DNA of 64,000 bases from an uncultured Acidobacteriota bacterium. GTDB lineage: Bacteria; Acidobacteriota; Thermoanaerobaculia; Gp7-AA8. The notes beneath the pieces are model-generated. The model was not told where the DNA came from and did not search any database. It was given only the letters and a program-made list of their open reading frames with translations. This document shows positions 33,206 to 43,165 of the stretch, in pieces (positions within the stretch are counted from its first letter, which is position 1; every line of letters starts with the position of its first letter). The translations under genes and the position numbers were made by a program. Location of the stretch: positions 128,001 to 192,000 of the forward strand of contig CAWGHO010000003.1 of the NCBI GenBank assembly GCA_963822445.1, written 5' to 3'.

Positions 33206-33520
33206 CCACGCATCATCTCACAGTGTTGGAATGGCACAGCTGCTTACCACAGCGCAGTCGTTGTGTTGCACGACGAACGCAAGCCGGATCCCTTCGGGTC
33301 GGCCTAACTCCTATTTATCAGGCAGCCGACCCCGTCGACGTCTTCAAGCGTCCGTAAGCTGCCTCGAGCCCGCTCGGTTCGCTGATGACGGCCAAAATCC
33401 CTAATGAGGATTTCCTCTTTGACTCATAACCAACGCTGCGCCGGAGGCAGCGGCGGACACAGGAACCTGATCCCGGTTGCGTCAACCCTCAATCGACACA
33501 ACCGGCGGAAACGCGCAGCG

Positions 33521-34006
33521 TCAGGATTTCTCGTTCTTCCGTTCCTGCTCCCGTTTCGCGGCTCCCTCGGCCATCTCTTCGGGGCTTACGTCGCGAACGT
33601 GGCTGGAGATGTACCAGGAGTGGCCGAATGGATCTTCAATAGCGCCGCCGCGGTCGCCGTAGAACTGATCCTCGAGCGGCCGCGTCACTTTTGCGCCGGC
33701 TTTGACGGCGCGGTCGAACCAGGCATCGCTGTCGTCGACATACAGATGCAGCATCACTGGCGAACCGTTGAGCGTCGTCGGGCTGAAGAACTTCAGGTCG
33801 GGGAACTCATCCGCGAGCATCAACCGCGAGCTGCCGATCTGCAGCTCGGCATGACCGATTCCCTTGCCGTCCGGCCCGGGCATGCGGAAGAGCTCCATCG
33901 CGCCGAACGCGTTCTTGTAGAAGTCGATTGCCGCCTCGCCGCCTTTCACGCTGATGTACGGCGTGATCGTGTGATAGCCCTCGGGGACCGGATTCACTGT
34001 TGCCAT
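33521..34006 (-). CDS. VOC / PhnB-like glyoxalase protein
   Basis: PEGYHTITPY, AIDFYKNAFGA, HAEL, DQFYGDR, DPFGHSW. Confidence 0.92.
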   Translation of the reverse strand: MATVNPVPEGYHTITPYISVKGGEAAIDFYKNAFGAMELFRMPGPDGKGIGHAELQIGSSRLMLADEFPDLKFFSPTTLNGSPVMLHLYVDDSDAWFDRAVKAGAKVTRPLEDQFYGDRGGAIEDPFGHSWYISSHVRDVSPEEMAEGAAKREQERKNEKS

Positions 34007-34018
34007 GACGTCCACTCC

Positions 34019-36727
34019 TTATTTTCCTGCGCCACCGTCGACCGGAATCCGCCAGACGCCGCGACCATGCGTCGCCGCGATCAGATATCCGGTATTGCGG
34101 TTGTAATCGATGTCGAGGATTCCCACGATCGGCATGTTGCGCCGCTCCGACGTCCAGGTCGCGCCGCGATCGCGCGTCGAGTAAACCGCCGTGTCCTGCG
34201 CGATCCAGAAACGGTTCACGTCGATCGGATCGAGAGCGATCGCCGATGCGGGAACGTCCGGCAGATTCGATGAGATGTTTTTCCACGTCGCGCCTGCGTT
34301 AGCGCTCATGAAGATCTTGCCGGGTGTGGCGGGCGTGTTCGCGTCGTATCCGCTGAACACCGCGTAAACAGTGTTCGCGCTGTCGACGCCGGCCATCACC
34401 TGCGTGGCGAAACGCGCCGGCAGACCGGTGCTGACGTTTGTCATCGTCCACGCGGTGCCGTTCAGGTCGAACCGGTAGACTTTGCCCGTCGTCGTGCTCA
34501 CCCAGAAGCGGTTGTGGTTCACGGGGGACGCGGAAATCGACGTAGGGATGCCGTCCATCGTTTCCGTCGTGGTGATGCGCGTGAATTTCTCGCCGTAATT
34601 GTCCGAGCGATAGATCGCCTTGTCGCTCGCTCCGTAAAGGGTCGAGGGCTCGACCGGGTCGAGCGCGAAGACGGGAACGAACGTCGTTGATTCGCCGGCG
34701 AGGACCTTCGACGGATCGAAGAGATTGAACTTCCAGCCGTCGGCGAAACTCTTCGCACCGTTCATCGTGTGGCGGTGCACGGCGAACTGCGTGCCCATGT
34801 AGATGACGTTGGGCTGCTGGGGATCGAATTCCGCGATCGTGCCGTCGCCGCCGCCCCATCCCTCCCACACCTCGCCGTTCCAGTAGCCGGAGGAGTTGTC
34901 CTGCATGCCGCCGAGGAGGATGTTCGGGTCAGTGGGATGGGAGGCGATGCGGTAGAACTGAAGCGTGGCCAGACCATTGTTCAACGTCTGCCAGCGATAT
35001 TCGATGTCCGCGCCCGGTACGAATTTTCCCGCCGCGCGGCGACGCGCTTTCGGAGTCGCGGCAGCCGGCGCAGGCAACGTCGTCTTGTACAGCCCTCCAT
35101 CATTCGCGACATAGATCGTGCGCTCCTTGCCGAATGCAATCGCATGAATGTCCGGATGCATCACCTTCGTCGAATCTTCCTCGGTGCACGAGTACCAGGA
35201 AAACGCACCGGGGAAGCCGGGGCTGGTCACGGCGACATTCGCACAATGCGGCGTAGTGTCGACCCAGGTCCGGCCGCCGTCGAGCGAGCGATACACCATG
35301 CCCCGCCACGGCATGTTCGTCAGCTTCCTCGGATTGTTCAGCGGCTCGGGATCGAACTGGTTGTAGTTGGCCATCCCGCCGATGAGGATGTCGTTCTCAT
35401 TCTCGGGATTGACGGTGATGACGTTGTCGTACTGGCATTGCCGCGCGCAGTAATCGGGCACGCCGTCGAACACCGTTCCCAGCCAGCGCCAGGTGTCGCC
35501 GCCGTCTTCCGATTTGAAGAGCAGCGCCATCCCTGTGGCGCGGTCCGACGCAGGCTCGTACACACCGTTGTTGTTGTAGTCGAGGCGATTCGAGGACTCA
35601 TAACCGGCGAACAGTACTTGCGGATTGGAAGGGGCCATGCCGATCTCGACGCGGCGGAAGTCGGCGGTCGTCGTCGGATTATCGAACCGCTTCAACCGCA
35701 GATACTGCCGCGTGCGGGTGTCGTAATAGGCGAGCTCGTTGATCGGAGTGGGAAACGTGCCGAAGCCGTTCGCGCGCTGCGGCGTGATGTACTGAAAATT
35801 CGCGCCGCCGTCGCGCGAGCGGAGCAGACCGCCGTGATACTCGCTGACGTAGAAGAGATCGGGCGCGGCCGCGCCGCCGTATTCGAGATCGAGAAACCCG
35901 ACGCTGCCCGACGGGCCGGGATGCTTGATTGCCGCGCGCAGCAGACGCCAGCTCATGCCGCCGTCGGTCGACTTGAAGAGTCCCGTCTGCGCGAGATTCG
36001 GCGGCGTGCGAAACACACTCGCCGTAACGGTCGCTGTCGCGACATAGAGCGTGTTCGCGTCACGCGCGTCGAAGTGGAGACCGGTGATGGCCGTGTACTC
36101 GAAGTTCCAGCCGTTGCCGCTCATCGGGAGCTGGTGCCAGGTCTCGCCGCCGTCGGTCGAACGAAGCAGTCCGTTGCCGTACATGCTCACGCTGCCGTGC
36201 GGCTCACCTGTGCCGGCGAAGAGCACGTTCGGATTGTCGGGGCTGTATTTCAGAACGCCGATGGCGAGCGTGGGCAGGCTCTGTTCGGGTCCGGTCGAGT
36301 AAAAGGTCTGGCCGCCGTCGACGGACTTCCAGATGCCGCCCATGGCCGTGCCGAGAAGCAGCGTCTGCGGATCGTTCGGATGGAGGGCGATGGCCAGCGT
36401 GCGGCCGCTCGCGTCATGCGCGCTGGTGTCGCCGAGCGGAACTCCACGAAGTGGTGCCGGTCCGAGGTTCGTCCAGCCGGTTTCACCTTCGGCGAGCGCG
36501 CGCGTCTGATTCAGCTCGCTGCGAACCGCGGCCTGATGCGCGGCCACGGGAATCGTGCCGGTCGGATACGTGCGCTGATTCCAGTACCAGTTGCGGCGCG
36601 CTTCGGGATCGTCGGCCGAGCCGGCGGAGTAGGGGAGCCGCTCACTACGAGGTGTAGACGTGCAGCCGGTGAACACCAGGATTGCGAGGGGAACGGCAGC
36701 GAGGGCGAGGGGAAATCGCTTGGCCAT
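34019..36727 (-). CDS. Lipoprotein with BNR/Asp-box repeats (VPS10/sialidase-like beta-propellers)
   Basis: Lipobox FTGC; many SxDGGxTW repeats; GGMQDN, GGGDG, ATHGRGVW. Confidence 0.85.
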   Translation of the reverse strand: MAKRFPLALAAVPLAILVFTGCTSTPRSERLPYSAGSADDPEARRNWYWNQRTYPTGTIPVAAHQAAVRSELNQTRALAEGETGWTNLGPAPLRGVPLGDTSAHDASGRTLAIALHPNDPQTLLLGTAMGGIWKSVDGGQTFYSTGPEQSLPTLAIGVLKYSPDNPNVLFAGTGEPHGSVSMYGNGLLRSTDGGETWHQLPMSGNGWNFEYTAITGLHFDARDANTLYVATATVTASVFRTPPNLAQTGLFKSTDGGMSWRLLRAAIKHPGPSGSVGFLDLEYGGAAAPDLFYVSEYHGGLLRSRDGGANFQYITPQRANGFGTFPTPINELAYYDTRTRQYLRLKRFDNPTTTADFRRVEIGMAPSNPQVLFAGYESSNRLDYNNNGVYEPASDRATGMALLFKSEDGGDTWRWLGTVFDGVPDYCARQCQYDNVITVNPENENDILIGGMANYNQFDPEPLNNPRKLTNMPWRGMVYRSLDGGRTWVDTTPHCANVAVTSPGFPGAFSWYSCTEEDSTKVMHPDIHAIAFGKERTIYVANDGGLYKTTLPAPAAATPKARRRAAGKFVPGADIEYRWQTLNNGLATLQFYRIASHPTDPNILLGGMQDNSSGYWNGEVWEGWGGGDGTIAEFDPQQPNVIYMGTQFAVHRHTMNGAKSFADGWKFNLFDPSKVLAGESTTFVPVFALDPVEPSTLYGASDKAIYRSDNYGEKFTRITTTETMDGIPTSISASPVNHNRFWVSTTTGKVYRFDLNGTAWTMTNVSTGLPARFATQVMAGVDSANTVYAVFSGYDANTPATPGKIFMSANAGATWKNISSNLPDVPASAIALDPIDVNRFWIAQDTAVYSTRDRGATWTSERRNMPIVGILDIDYNRNTGYLIAATHGRGVWRIPVDGGAGK

Positions 36728-36764
36728 GGCGGTAACAGTAGAGTATGCGGCGGGAGGAACATGA

Positions 36765-37253
36765 ATGCGAAACTATGAATTCTTCGCCACCTGCCTCGAA
36801 AAAGAGACCCCTGTTTTCGTCCGTGTTTTTCGTGCGATTCCAGCCGACAAGCTCGACTACAGGCCGCACGAGAAAAACACGGCGGCCGGCGATCTGATCT
36901 TCCAGATGGAACAGGAGATGACCTCCCTCGTCGACATCTTTCAAACCGGAGAAGTGAGCATGGGACCGCGGAAGCGCCCCGACTCGCTCGACGAGATGAT
37001 CACGAACTTCGAGACCTCCGCGAAGAAAGTGGCAGAAGCCGCGCGGGCAACCAGCGACGAGCGTTGGAAAGGTCCTGCGAAGTTTCTCTGGGACGGCAAC
37101 GTGGCCTGGGAGACGGTCGTTGCGGACATGGCCTGGGGTTTCCTCTTCGATCTCATCCACCACCGCGGCCAGTTGAGCGTCTACATCCGGCCGATGGGCG
37201 GGAAGGTCCCGTCGATCTACGGCCCGTCGGGTGATGACGCCGGCGGCGCGTAG
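36765..37253 (+). CDS. DinB-family protein
   Basis: DYRPHEK and IHHRGQLSVYIRPMGGKVPSIYGPS. Confidence 0.9.
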   Translation: MRNYEFFATCLEKETPVFVRVFRAIPADKLDYRPHEKNTAAGDLIFQMEQEMTSLVDIFQTGEVSMGPRKRPDSLDEMITNFETSAKKVAEAARATSDERWKGPAKFLWDGNVAWETVVADMAWGFLFDLIHHRGQLSVYIRPMGGKVPSIYGPSGDDAGGA

Positions 37254-37259
37254 CTGTCG

Positions 37260-38510
37260 ATGAACACCGCGTCCTCGAAAATTCAGAAGATCTACCTGCT
37301 GCTGGAGTTGCTGCACACGCTGGCGGCCTCGCTGATCTGGGGGATCAACACGCTGTTCCTGCTCGACGCGGGACTCAGTAACGCGCAAGCCTTCGCCGCC
37401 AACGCGTTCTTCACGGCCGGGCTGGTGCTCTTCGAGATTCCGACCGGCGTTCTCGCCGACGCGCGCGGCCGCCGCACCTCGTACCTCCTCGGCACGCTCA
37501 CCCTGATCGTCTCCACACTCATCTATCTATTGATGTGGCGCATCCATGCGCCGTTCTGGGGCTGGGCGCTCACCTCCGCGTTTCTCGGACTCGGATTCAC
37601 CTTCTTCTCCGGCGCGGTGGAAGCGTGGCTGGTCGATGCGCTGAAGGCCAGCGGCTTCGACGGGAAGCTCGAATCGGTGTTCGCGAAAGGGAAGATCGCC
37701 GAGGGTGTCGCGATGCTCGGCGGGTCCGTCGCCGGAGGATTCATCGCCCAATCGACGAACCTCGGCGTCCCGTACATCATTCGTGCGATCGTCCTCGGCA
37801 TCACCTTCGTGGCCGCGTTTCTGTTGATGCGCGACGTCGGCTTCGAGCCGAATCGAAGCAAGCGGCCCATCGAAGAAACGAAACGGATTCTGCGCGACTC
37901 ACTGAAGCATGGTCTCGGCAATCCGCCTGTGCGTTGGGTGATGCTCGCGTCGCCGTTCACCGACGGCGTGAGCATTTACGCGTTCTATGCGATGCAGCCG
38001 TATCTGCTCGAGCTGTACGGAAACAAGGAAGCCTACGGAATCGCCGGTCTGGCCGCGGCGATCGTCGCCGGAGCGCAGATCGCCGGCGGGCTGCTCGTGC
38101 CGTTCATCAGCCGCGTCTTCCAGCGGCGGACCACGGTGCTGCTCGCGGCGACGACCATCAGCGTCGTCATCCTCGCGCTCATCGGCACGATCCGGAGTTT
38201 CTGGATCGCCATCGCCTCGCTGGTCGTCTGGGGCCTGATGTTCGCTGCTGTCTCGCCGGTCCGGCAGGCTTATCTCAATGGTCTGATCGCCTCGGAGCGG
38301 CGCGCGACAATCCTTTCCTTCGATTCGCTTCTCGGATCGGCCGGTGGCGTTGTCGCCCAGCCGCTGCTGGGCCGCGCGGCGGATGTCTGGAGTTATCCGG
38401 CGTCGTATGCCGTCAGCGCCGCGGTTCAGGCCCTGGCCCTTCCGTTTCTATGGCTCGCGCGGCGGGAGCGGGCTCCGTCAGACAACGCCTCGTCCGGCAC
38501 CGCACAGTAA
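37260..38510 (+). CDS. MFS transporter
   Basis: About 12 TM helices; FEIPTGVLADARGRR motif A. Confidence 0.92.
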   Translation: MNTASSKIQKIYLLLELLHTLAASLIWGINTLFLLDAGLSNAQAFAANAFFTAGLVLFEIPTGVLADARGRRTSYLLGTLTLIVSTLIYLLMWRIHAPFWGWALTSAFLGLGFTFFSGAVEAWLVDALKASGFDGKLESVFAKGKIAEGVAMLGGSVAGGFIAQSTNLGVPYIIRAIVLGITFVAAFLLMRDVGFEPNRSKRPIEETKRILRDSLKHGLGNPPVRWVMLASPFTDGVSIYAFYAMQPYLLELYGNKEAYGIAGLAAAIVAGAQIAGGLLVPFISRVFQRRTTVLLAATTISVVILALIGTIRSFWIAIASLVVWGLMFAAVSPVRQAYLNGLIASERRATILSFDSLLGSAGGVVAQPLLGRAADVWSYPASYAVSAAVQALALPFLWLARRERAPSDNASSGTAQ

Positions 38511-38532
38511 GGGTATCCTTCGCCCCACTCCC

Positions 38533-41154
38533 TTGTTTTCTCCCGGTACGCGGTTCGGTCCATACGAAATCATTGAGCGCCTCGCCGAGGGCGGCATGGG
38601 TGAGGTGTACAAGGCGCGGGATACGCGGCTCGAGCGCACGGTCGCGCTGAAAGTCCTTCCCGAGCACGTGTCCGCCGATCCCGAGATCCGCCGCCGCTTC
38701 GAGCGCGAGGCGCGCGCGATCTCCGCGCTGTCGCATCCCAACATCTGCACGCTCTTCGACGTCGGCAACAACAACGGCCAGGAGTACCTGGTCATGGAAT
38801 ATCTCGACGGCGAGACCATGGCCGAGCGTCTGAGTCATGGCCCGATGACCATCGAAGAGCTCATGGCTTACGGGATGGACGTGGCCGATGCGCTGGAGAA
38901 GGCGCACAAGCACGGGGTCATTCATCGCGATCTCAAACCGGGCAACATCGTTCTGACGAAGTCCGGAGCGAAGCTGCTCGACTTCGGGCTGGCCAAGTAC
39001 ATGCCCGCCGGCCCGAACTCGATCCTCGGCCGCGCCGACGACATCACCGCGCCGCTCACCTCGCAGGGGACGCTGCTCGGCACCATTCCCTACATGGCGC
39101 CGGAGCAGCTCGAGGGGAAGGACGTCGACGCGCGGACGGACATCTTCGCGTTCGGCGCGATCCTCTACGAGATGGCCACCGGTGTGCGCGCGTTCAATGC
39201 CGCGTCGAACGCGAGTCTCATCGCCGCGATCATGCGCGAGGAGCCGGTGCCGGTTTCGCGGCTGCGGCGACTCACGCCGCGCACGCTCGACACGATCATC
39301 CGCACCTGCCTCTCGAAGAATCCCGACGACCGCTTTCAGTCCGCGCACGACGTGAAGCTCGCGCTGCAGATGCTGCACACGACCGCCGACGTGGAAGAGA
39401 TCGACGGGGTGAAGCCGCGGACGTGGCTTCTGCCGGCGATCGTGTCCGCCGTCGCGGTTGCGGCGATGCTCGTCGCCGGCGCGTTCATTTTCGGCCGTCC
39501 GAAAGAACCGCCGCGCATCTTTCGCTTCGCCGTCAGTCCGCCTTCCGGATCGACTTTTCCGTCGCTCGGCGAAGGCGGCGGTCTTGCGCTCTCGCCGAAT
39601 GGCCGGCAGCTGGTCTTCGAAGCGACCACACCCGATGGCCGGACGTATCTCTGGCTGCGCGAGCTCGATGCCGAGGCGCCGGAGCTGCTGGAAGGGACCG
39701 ATGGCGGGGAGTATCCGTTCTGGTCCGGCGACGGCCGCTCGATCGCCTGGTTCGCCGACGGCAAGTTGATGAAGAAGACGTTGCCGGATGGTCCCGCGCA
39801 GACCGTGTGCGCCGCTCCGACCGCGCGCGGCGGTGCGTGGAACAAGAGCGGCGTGATCGTTTTCGCGCCGTCGAGCAACGGCCCGCTCCATCGCGTCGCC
39901 GCATCCGGCGGTGTGCCCGAGGCGGTGACCATCACCACTCCGGAGACTTACTCGCACCGCTGGCCGGTGTTCATCGATGACGACCAGTTCCTCTTCGTCG
40001 CGCAGAGCCAGCGGCCGTCCGATCGCGGCGTGTTTGCAGGTTCGCTGAAGTCGAAAGAGATCACCCGGATTCTTCCCGGGGCGACGAGCGTCGCGTTCGC
40101 TCCGCCGCATCATCTCTTTCACGTTCGCGATCGCGTGCTGGTGCGGCAGCGGCTGGATCCGGACGACCTGACGCTCGACGTGGAGTCGACCACGATCGCC
40201 GATGAGATCGTTTACTACGTCGACCGTGCGTACGTTCCGGTGACCGCGGCGATGGGCAACGTGATCGCGTTTCGGCGCAACGGCGCGGCGCGGATGCGCA
40301 TCACCTGGCACGCTCGCGACGGCCGCCGCCTCGGCGCGCTGGGGGACCTCGGCGAATACGAGGGCGTCGCGCTGTCGCCCGACGGCGCGCGCGTGGCGTT
40401 CGGATATTTCGATGTGAGCGAGTCGCTGAATCACGTCGCCATTGCCCCGGCCAAAGGCGGCGTGGCGCGGCGCTTCACGTTTGCGCGCGGCAATCAGTAC
40501 TCGCCGGTCTGGTCGCCGGATGGGTCGCAGATCTCGTTCAGCGACGATCAGGCGGGCGTCGACACGGTGACCGCGAAGCCGCTGACCGGCACCGGGAACG
40601 AGCGCGCGCTGATTCCGACGCCGACCGGTTCGACGTATGCGCAGAGCTGGTGCGCCGACAACGACCACATTCTTTATCGCGCGCAGGACGACAAGACCGG
40701 CTACGACATCTGGGTGGTGTCGCTCAGCCAGCGCAAGAGCATGCCGTACGTGCACGGCCCCAGCGATCAGTCGCAGGGGACCTTCTCGCCGGACGGGCGG
40801 TGGGTGGCGTACACGTCGACGGAGTCGGGACGTCCCGAGGTTTATGTGCAGCCGTTTCCGGCGACGGGGGCGAAGTGGCAGGTCTCCGTGAGTGGCGGCG
40901 AGCAGCCGCGGTGGCGGCGCGATGGGAAGGAGCTGTTCTACATCTCGCCCGATCGCATGCTGATGGCGGTGGACATCCGCGTGCCCGGCGCGTTCGATGA
41001 GAACCCGCCGCGGCCGCTGTTCCAGACGAACATCCCCTTCGGCGACATCAATGTGTCGCACGCGTATGACGTCACGCCGGACGGGGAGCGGTTCGTGATC
41101 GCGGCGCCGGATCCGCTGTCGCCGCAGGCGCCGATTACGGTGGTCGCGCAGTAG
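38533..41154 (+). CDS. Hanks-type Ser/Thr kinase - TM - TolB/PD40 beta-propeller
   Basis: GGMGEVY, VALK, HRDLKPGN, DFG, YMAPE; TM helix; SPDG repeats; TTG start inferred. Confidence 0.93.
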   Translation: MFSPGTRFGPYEIIERLAEGGMGEVYKARDTRLERTVALKVLPEHVSADPEIRRRFEREARAISALSHPNICTLFDVGNNNGQEYLVMEYLDGETMAERLSHGPMTIEELMAYGMDVADALEKAHKHGVIHRDLKPGNIVLTKSGAKLLDFGLAKYMPAGPNSILGRADDITAPLTSQGTLLGTIPYMAPEQLEGKDVDARTDIFAFGAILYEMATGVRAFNAASNASLIAAIMREEPVPVSRLRRLTPRTLDTIIRTCLSKNPDDRFQSAHDVKLALQMLHTTADVEEIDGVKPRTWLLPAIVSAVAVAAMLVAGAFIFGRPKEPPRIFRFAVSPPSGSTFPSLGEGGGLALSPNGRQLVFEATTPDGRTYLWLRELDAEAPELLEGTDGGEYPFWSGDGRSIAWFADGKLMKKTLPDGPAQTVCAAPTARGGAWNKSGVIVFAPSSNGPLHRVAASGGVPEAVTITTPETYSHRWPVFIDDDQFLFVAQSQRPSDRGVFAGSLKSKEITRILPGATSVAFAPPHHLFHVRDRVLVRQRLDPDDLTLDVESTTIADEIVYYVDRAYVPVTAAMGNVIAFRRNGAARMRITWHARDGRRLGALGDLGEYEGVALSPDGARVAFGYFDVSESLNHVAIAPAKGGVARRFTFARGNQYSPVWSPDGSQISFSDDQAGVDTVTAKPLTGTGNERALIPTPTGSTYAQSWCADNDHILYRAQDDKTGYDIWVVSLSQRKSMPYVHGPSDQSQGTFSPDGRWVAYTSTESGRPEVYVQPFPATGAKWQVSVSGGEQPRWRRDGKELFYISPDRMLMAVDIRVPGAFDENPPRPLFQTNIPFGDINVSHAYDVTPDGERFVIAAPDPLSPQAPITVVAQ

Positions 41155-41155
41155 A

Positions 41156-41211
41156 GCCGGCGAGACGCCGGCGGACCAGCCGCCGAGCCGGCGGCGCTCC
41201 GGAGCGCCGGC
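41156..41211. repeat. REP-like element, second family (GCCGGCGRGACGCCGGC...GCGCTCC)
   Basis: 41156-41201 matches the reverse complement of 47467-47512 with one mismatch. Confidence 0.8.
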
Positions 41212-41389
41212 AAAGTTGACCCTCTGCATGGGTCAACCCACGTCCCCCGGCCCAGAAGTTAACCCTCCATCCTTCCGTCAGAAATCCGTCAACTCCCTGC
41301 GAACGCACCCACTTGAACCGGTTTCATTTTCTGGAACGTGCCGTGGACTAGGACCAGGTCGCGTGAGAACAACACGCAAGGAGGAATTG

Positions 41390-41989
41390 ATGAAGAAACG
41401 GCTCTCTCTCGTCCTCATCGGTTTGTCTCTGCTCGCACTGGCGGCGCCGCTCACGGCCTCGCAGTGGGTGCAGCTTTCGTTCGATCAGGTGGCTCGCGAG
41501 TCGACTTACGTCGTCCGCGGCACCGTCGAACAGACCTGGAGCAAGTGGGATGACCAGCAGGAGGTCATCTTCACGTATGCCACCATCCGCGTGCATCGCT
41601 ACTTCGGCGAGACCACCGGTCCGGACCGGATCGTCGTGCGCGAAGCCGGCGGCACGGTCGACGGCTACACCCAGGAAGCGATCGGCTTCCCGGAAGTTCG
41701 CAACGGCGAAGACGTGGTGATGTTCCTCTCGCAGTCCGATGACCCCTCCGCCTTCCGCATCCACGCGTACAACCAGGGCAAGTATCTCGTCCGCAATCGC
41801 GGCGGCGTCGAAGTGCTGACCGAGGATCCGATGAAGCAGGGTGACGGACGTATGGCGCGGCAGGGCCGCGACGTGAAAGCCAACGCCGCCGACGATCTCG
41901 ACGGAGCCCTCACCATCGAAGAGTTCGCGGGCATGGTCGAGTCGGCTCGCGCCGGCAACCCAGTCGAAGTGCTCGTGGGACGCGAATAA
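41390..41989 (+). CDS. Exported protein resembling the N-terminal (pro-like) domain of acidobacterial matrixin proteins
   Basis: GGAGG RBS, signal peptide; VVRGTV...IFTYATIRV...VREAGGTVDG...GFPEV...QGKY. Confidence 0.65.
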   Translation: MKKRLSLVLIGLSLLALAAPLTASQWVQLSFDQVARESTYVVRGTVEQTWSKWDDQQEVIFTYATIRVHRYFGETTGPDRIVVREAGGTVDGYTQEAIGFPEVRNGEDVVMFLSQSDDPSAFRIHAYNQGKYLVRNRGGVEVLTEDPMKQGDGRMARQGRDVKANAADDLDGALTIEEFAGMVESARAGNPVEVLVGRE

Positions 41990-42001
41990 GGAGATCGAGC
42001 C

Positions 42002-42598
42002 ATGAGAAAACAGACGATCCTCTCCGCTCTCATCACCCTCATCGTCCTCGGCGCGATCGCCGAGCCGGCCTTCGGCTACGTGCTGCTCTCGCCGCGCCGC
42101 CGCTGGGCTTCTACGCCCGTCAGCGTTCGGACTTACTACATCGGCAACAACACCATCGCTGACTCCGACAAAGGCGTGACGGCAGTCGTCGGCGCGATCC
42201 GGGCCTGGGGCATCATCAGCTCCAGCTCCACCACCTCCGCGGCCGTGCGCGGCTCCGCCCCGGCGACGATCATGTTGAACTCGAACGGCGGCCTTTGTTC
42301 CGGCAACTGCCTCGCCGCGACGCTGACCGGCTACTACGTTTCGCAGACCGGCGATGACCGGATCTACGACGCCGACGTCTACACCAACACGGCCATCCAG
42401 TTCTATTCGTCGCGCGAGGCGAGCTGCAGCGCCGAGTACGACATCGACGGCGTCATGGTTCACGAGGTCGGTCACGTGATCGGCATCGGCCACTCCACCG
42501 TCTCCGGCGCGACGATGTATCCCTCGGTCAGCGCGTGCAATTACGGCCCCCGCTCACTGGCCACCGACGACGTCAACGCGAAGAACGACCTGTACTAG
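42002..42598 (+). CDS. Matrixin (M10) zinc metalloprotease, minimal catalytic domain
   Basis: HEVGHVIGIGHS zinc motif and ATMYP Met-turn; signal peptide; AAGGAG RBS. Confidence 0.9.
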   Translation: MRKQTILSALITLIVLGAIAEPAFGYVLLSPRRRWASTPVSVRTYYIGNNTIADSDKGVTAVVGAIRAWGIISSSSTTSAAVRGSAPATIMLNSNGGLCSGNCLAATLTGYYVSQTGDDRIYDADVYTNTAIQFYSSREASCSAEYDIDGVMVHEVGHVIGIGHSTVSGATMYPSVSACNYGPRSLATDDVNAKNDLY

Positions 42599-42607
42599 AT
42601 CGGAACG

Positions 42608-43165
42608 ATGACCGGTCCGATCCTCATTACCGCAACGATTTCGACCGGGCCCGACGGCGTTTTCGCCGTCGGGCTCGACTCCGCGGGGGCTGCGTTGCCC
42701 GAGGAGGAGACGTTTCGTTTCGCGCTGCACTATTACGGGCGCGTGTTGTACGAGATGGCTCACACCCAGCGGTCTGTTCGGCGACTGCCTGAATGGACCG
42801 CGCGCATCGCGTCGACGGCTGTCGATCGGGAGACCGATTTCTTCGCCGTGGCCGGCGTGCAGGGAGCGATCGTCACGTCCCTGGCGCGGCCGCTCGCTAC
42901 CGTTCGCGTTGCATTGTGTACCGCCGGTTTGCGCGGGCGCGAAGTGACCGGCGATCTCTCGCCGCTGCGCGGCTCGACTCTCGCGCGCTCGGTCCTCGCC
43001 GTGTTTCAGGCCGTCATCCCCCAGCTATCGGACGACGTCTGTGCGTCGATTCCGTCGGCGCTGGCGAACATGAACGTGTCCTACGAGCTCACCCATCACT
43101 ACGCCGATCCGGAGAGCCATCGCGAGGTGCCGTCGACGGCCTACCTTGCCGCATCCTTCGTCTGA
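42608..43165 (+). CDS. Hypothetical protein
   Basis: 185-aa ORF starting 9 nt after the matrixin stop; no recognised motif. Confidence 0.55.
   Translation: MTGPILITATISTGPDGVFAVGLDSAGAALPEEETFRFALHYYGRVLYEMAHTQRSVRRLPEWTARIASTAVDRETDFFAVAGVQGAIVTSLARPLATVRVALCTAGLRGREVTGDLSPLRGSTLARSVLAVFQAVIPQLSDDVCASIPSALANMNVSYELTHHYADPESHREVPSTAYLAASFV

Noticed and set aside
34769-36778. 669-aa plus-strand ORF (and similar ones at 53240-55156 and 6781-8616)
   Set aside because: Shadows of well-supported genes on the opposite strand.
38413-41229. 938-aa minus-strand ORF
   Set aside because: Antisense shadow of the Ser/Thr kinase; Arg/Ala-rich with no domain signature.
41332-41347. TGGAACG-TGCC-GTGG as a sigma54 promoter
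   Set aside because: The -12 element is GG rather than the near-invariant GC.
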